64,000 bases of DNA from NCBI GenBank assembly GCA_018238545.1, contig JABCTC010000019.1, positions 1-64,000 on the forward strand, given 5' to 3'. A program made the position numbers and the translations under genes. The stretch comes from Candidatus Heimdallarchaeota archaeon. GTDB taxonomy: Archaea; Asgardarchaeota; Heimdallarchaeia; Heimdallarchaeales; Heimdallarchaeaceae. The stretch's first letter is position 1, and each line of letters starts with the position of its first letter. Shown here piece by piece: positions 60,098 through 64,000 of this stretch. The notes under the pieces were generated by a model, which saw nothing but the letters and a program-made list of their open reading frames with translations, was not told the origin of the DNA and made no database searches.

Positions 60098-61321
60098 ATG
60101 GAAACAACAAATAACGGTGACAAATCTCACTTAAATCTGATTATATCAAACATTCTTAGAGGAGAACATGAACTTTCTCTTCAAATAGCAAAATTTTTCG
60201 GGTCTAAAGAAATTGAAGATGATTTCGAGAAATTAGCTAGTGAAGAACATCTAAAAGATTTGTTTGAAATTATTTCATTATTCAAGGAAACCAGCAAAGA
60301 AGATATAATACTTGATTCAGTTCACTATGCTGAATGGGAGTTCAAAAAACCTGAAACGAATTTGTCTCACATATATTTTTCAAAAAATTCTCTTAACGAT
60401 GCATATACAATAAATCTTTTACGGACGAATCTGTCAGAAATTAGTTTATCAAAAATTAGTAATGAAATAGCATTCATAGGTCAAGCTCTAAATGGCATAT
60501 ATCGAAGAGTTACAGCTGAAATTGCTGAAAATATTGAACTTTCTGAAAGGATTAAAGATGAACTTGGCAATGGTTTGCTCAAATTAGGTAAATTTTACAA
60601 TTGGCAAATTTCTGAAGAAAGAAGTTTATTAAGGGAAGGTGAAAAAACCGGCTTATCTCCAATGTTAACAACCTTATTTATGGTTAAAGCAAGTATAATC
60701 CAAGATGAATATCTTTGCATGGGAACTTGTAATCAAATCCTAAACTCTAGAGAGGATGAGAGAATTTCTTGTGAGTGTGGAGGAGATTATAGGTTGCTTT
60801 CTCCTTATATTAACTTAGATCAAGTATCATTTGTTTATCCAAATAGTATACAAGATATTTCTACAAGCCAAAGTCTAGATCCTAAGAAAGTTTTTCAGAT
60901 TTTGGAAGGTATTATGATTCCAAAGAAATTAATTGTTCTACTTAATAGATTAGCTAATACTCTTTTTGGAAATAAAGTTATTCTTCCAATTTTAGCCAAT
61001 TTCCATTCTAAAGCAACTAATGATTCTGCGGAGGTAATTGTAGATTATTTCTGGAAAACAGAAGATGAAATCTATCTTTTTGCTTATGTAACCGACACAA
61101 GATATTCACATATAGATTTAATCTCAGCAGTATCATTGCCAATGATTATGAGAGAGATAAAGGAAAATGTAACAAAGCATCTTTCTTTTGAAGAAGCAAT
61201 ACAAAAATCAAAATTGAAAGACTGGAATCAGACACCCTTACTCAAAGTTAAACATTTATCAGAATATAAAGAACTAACAAAGAAAACTAATACAAACTCT
61301 GGAGGAATGAATGATGAGTGA
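60098..61321 (+). CDS. Hypothetical protein with central zinc-ribbon-like motif
   Basis: CMGTC...CECGG; AGGAG SD. Confidence 0.65.
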   Translation: METTNNGDKSHLNLIISNILRGEHELSLQIAKFFGSKEIEDDFEKLASEEHLKDLFEIISLFKETSKEDIILDSVHYAEWEFKKPETNLSHIYFSKNSLNDAYTINLLRTNLSEISLSKISNEIAFIGQALNGIYRRVTAEIAENIELSERIKDELGNGLLKLGKFYNWQISEERSLLREGEKTGLSPMLTTLFMVKASIIQDEYLCMGTCNQILNSREDERISCECGGDYRLLSPYINLDQVSFVYPNSIQDISTSQSLDPKKVFQILEGIMIPKKLIVLLNRLANTLFGNKVILPILANFHSKATNDSAEVIVDYFWKTEDEIYLFAYVTDTRYSHIDLISAVSLPMIMREIKENVTKHLSFEEAIQKSKLKDWNQTPLLKVKHLSEYKELTKKTNTNSGGMNDE

Positions 61322-62600
61322 CTTGTTTAGAGATTCTATTGATATTATTTACGAACCAAAAGATGTTCTAGATATTATAACAGAAGTAAAAGAGTTATAT
61401 TCTAAACTTGAGGCACAAATTAAGAACTTCGTTATCACACAACCAACATTCCTTGGAGAACTTAGACAGAAGTTAAAGATGGACATTGGATTTCTCTCGC
61501 CACAGAAGAAAGACATGGTTTTAGCTGTTTATGGTATTATCATGACAGAGGATATTGTGAAGGATTATAATCCACAATTCTATGCAGAGGATATATCATC
61601 TTTACTAGAAGCAACCAAAAAGAAAAATCAGATTACTGATGATGAATTTGTAGGGCTATTAGCCTCTTTCATCGTATGTTTAAAATCAGTATTCTCAGCA
61701 ACTAACATAATTATTCAAGGTCTAATTGATTTAGGAGGGATGGGTATTGAATATGACATCATTTCAGCTATTTTGGTTCATAGGAACCTTCTACCAGCAT
61801 TCTCTGAAGCGAATTTTTGTTTTGAAGCAGGGGAATTTGAAATAGATTTGAGGTTTATTTCTGCTCTCTTTGCATCTAGTATAGAAAATTATTTTGAGAA
61901 AAATGAAGTAATAGAAAAAGCTAAATCAACTGGACAGTTGTATATTGAATACTGTAAAAAGTACCCATTATCTCAAGGAGAAGATATTCTTTATGATCTC
62001 ATAACTAAAATATTCCAAAGCAGTTACTTCGATAAATTGATGGATACTTTAAAGACTAAAATTGAACAGAAGCAGACTTTACTAAGTGAACAATTTTCTA
62101 TTTCCAAACATCAATTTCACGACCCTATAGAAGTATCAACCGATTCTTCGAGGATTGAACAGATTTTAGGAGCTGTAGAAAAAACCTTATTTGAAACCTT
62201 AAAATTGCAGAAGGAATTGACAGAACAAAAAATTCAAGCTCTTGAGAAGAATGTAGAACGAGTACTTAGAAGGATGGCTAGTGAAGAATTTGGAGTCCAA
62301 GATATTGCAGATCCTCAACGATATCTTCAATATCTTCAAGATGCCTGGTTTAACATATTTGAAGATTATCCACAAATGGCCCTTCCCTTGATAGACATCA
62401 AGCTTTATGCAAAATTCATAAGTGATCACGAAGCTTTAATCGAAGAGCACAAAACTTCAATTATACAACAACTTCAGTTCAAAATTCGTAGACATACAAA
62501 AGGAGAAAGGTTCACACCAAGCAATCTTGCTTTAGCTTTTTCGAAAATCTTATTTGAGATTCTTACTAATTCAACAGTGCTATCACTAGATTTAAGCTAA
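61311..62600 (+). CDS. Hypothetical alpha-helical/coiled-coil protein
   Basis: 429-aa ORF overlapping the upstream gene, GGAGG SD, heptad-rich C-terminal half. Confidence 0.65.
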   Translation: MMSDLFRDSIDIIYEPKDVLDIITEVKELYSKLEAQIKNFVITQPTFLGELRQKLKMDIGFLSPQKKDMVLAVYGIIMTEDIVKDYNPQFYAEDISSLLEATKKKNQITDDEFVGLLASFIVCLKSVFSATNIIIQGLIDLGGMGIEYDIISAILVHRNLLPAFSEANFCFEAGEFEIDLRFISALFASSIENYFEKNEVIEKAKSTGQLYIEYCKKYPLSQGEDILYDLITKIFQSSYFDKLMDTLKTKIEQKQTLLSEQFSISKHQFHDPIEVSTDSSRIEQILGAVEKTLFETLKLQKELTEQKIQALEKNVERVLRRMASEEFGVQDIADPQRYLQYLQDAWFNIFEDYPQMALPLIDIKLYAKFISDHEALIEEHKTSIIQQLQFKIRRHTKGERFTPSNLALAFSKILFEILTNSTVLSLDLS

Positions 62601-62690
62601 GAGTAAGCATAAGAATTTCTAGAATATTTACGAAAATTGTTTGATAAATTGCTTAGCAAAAGTTTTTTATCAAAATGCTTCTGTTAAAGC

Positions 62691-63545
62691 TTGATGAAAG
62701 AAGCTATTGAATATAAAGAACTTATGGACTATAGTGAGTATAACAAGATTGAAGATATACAAATCAATGCTTGGGGGTTTCCAGATAGAGAAGTAGTTCC
62801 TAAGAGAATAATATATGCAACTCATCGAAGTGGAGGGGTGGTTATTGCTGCGTATCTAAATCATGAGATTATTGGGTATGTATGGGGGTGGATAGGACAA
62901 ATTGATCCTTATGGCGTTTTCATTTATTCACACCATAATGCCGTAGTAAGAGAGCATCAGAACAAAGGTATTGGTATCCAGTTAAAACATGAACAGAGAA
63001 AATGGGCTTTGGAGAAAAATTTCAAAATAATAAACTGGACCTTCGATCCACTCCAAAGCAAAAATAGTTACATCAATTTACATAAACTTGGAGCGATTTG
63101 TAACAATTACAGGGTCAAGTACTGGGGAGATATGCACGATGAATTGAATATTGGTATTGATACGGATAGATTCTACTGTAATTGGTTTATCGATTCAACT
63201 CATGTTAATAAACGCTTAAACAAGGATTTTGCAGATTACACGGAAAGTGTCAACAATAATCGCTATCATTTAATTAAAACAATTTCTAACAACGGAATGT
63301 TGAAAGTCAAAGAATTGGATTTCGATATCAAAGAAACAATTCTTTTTGCTGAAATCCCTATTGATTTTACAAAGATTATGCAAAACAACAATGAACTTGC
63401 AAAAGAGTGGCGAGAAGAAACAAGAAAAATTTTCACACATTACTTTAATATAGGATATTCAGTTATTGATTTTATTCTTGACAAAAGTGTAACCCCTTGG
63501 AAGAGTTATCACGTATTAGAAAAACTTGAATCTATTGATTCTTAA
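62691..63545 (+). CDS. GNAT acyltransferase (N-succinyltransferase-like)
   Basis: YSHHNAV..EHQNKGIG..LK, WTFDPLQ..N..INL.KLGA, TDRF...W. Confidence 0.9.
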   Translation: MMKEAIEYKELMDYSEYNKIEDIQINAWGFPDREVVPKRIIYATHRSGGVVIAAYLNHEIIGYVWGWIGQIDPYGVFIYSHHNAVVREHQNKGIGIQLKHEQRKWALEKNFKIINWTFDPLQSKNSYINLHKLGAICNNYRVKYWGDMHDELNIGIDTDRFYCNWFIDSTHVNKRLNKDFADYTESVNNNRYHLIKTISNNGMLKVKELDFDIKETILFAEIPIDFTKIMQNNNELAKEWREETRKIFTHYFNIGYSVIDFILDKSVTPWKSYHVLEKLESIDS

Positions 63546-63591
63546 CGTTACTAAAATCAGAAAACTAAACTAAAAAAAAGAGAGAACAAAA

Positions 63592-64000
63592 ATGAAAGTT
63601 GATTCAATAACACTGTATCATGCAATAATGAAGCTTAGAAATCCTTTCAGGACTAGCTTTGGAGTGACCCAGGAAAGAGAGATAATGATTACTCGAGTTC
63701 AAGCAGAAGGACTTGATGGTTACGGAGAGTGTATTGCAGAAAAAGGTCCTTGGTACTCTGGAGAGACAATTGACTCCTGTCAATCTATTATTAACAACTT
63801 CATTTCTCCTTGGTTAAAAAAGACGGATTTAGATCATCCCACAGATTTCAAAAAACTTGTTCAACAAATAAAAGGGAATCAAATGGCTAAAGCCTGTATG
63901 GAGGATGCTATTTGGGATTTATATGGGCAAATAGAGAACAAATCTCTTCAGAAACTTATAGGGGGGACAAAGGAATCAATTCCTTCTGGAATATCATTAG
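63592..64000 (+). CDS. menC: o-succinylbenzoate synthase / N-succinylamino acid racemase (enolase superfamily); runs off the window end
   Basis: Not in ORF track. MKVDSITL...PFRTSFG...GYGEC...PWYSGET...GNQMAKA.MEDAIWDL...IPSGISL. Confidence 0.9.
   Translation, partial: MKVDSITLYHAIMKLRNPFRTSFGVTQEREIMITRVQAEGLDGYGECIAEKGPWYSGETIDSCQSIINNFISPWLKKTDLDHPTDFKKLVQQIKGNQMAKACMEDAIWDLYGQIENKSLQKLIGGTKESIPSGISL

Noticed and set aside
1-64000. CRISPR arrays, rRNA, IS elements
   Set aside because: No regularly spaced repeats, rRNA-like segments, transposases or terminal inverted repeats were seen.

Overview
AT-rich, gene-dense archaeal chromosomal segment, most likely from an Asgard archaeon (Heimdallarchaeia-like). 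This is inferred from Orc1/Cdc6, AMP phosphorylase, a BHB-intron tRNA, GGTGA-type Shine-Dalgarno sites, PEF-CTERM-like surface proteins, a Rab-like GTPase, longin/DENN-like proteins and a membrane RING protein. About 60 CDSs are present, including two partial genes at the edges that the ORF track missed: a SIRT6/7-like sirtuin and a MenC/N-succinylamino acid racemase. There is also a tRNA-Pro(GGG) with two introns (D-loop and canonical 37/38). I found no CRISPR array, rRNA, transposase or integrase. Main points of interest: (i) a divergent module next to the tRNA, wHTH-MinD/ParA-membrane protein on one side and VWA surface protein-type-I TM RING on the other; (ii) several small-GTPase regulatory modules at 38-60 kb (longin-like+pseudo-GTPase, 7TM-longin, DENN/GAP1-like, Rab-like); (iii) an RRE-radical SAM/SPASM enzyme coupled to an 80-aa ORF; (iv) a TusA-SQR-TusA-DsrE-DsrE sulfur-relay operon; (v) a nonsense-interrupted LVIVD surface gene. 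All family calls come from motif recognition by eye; no searches were run.
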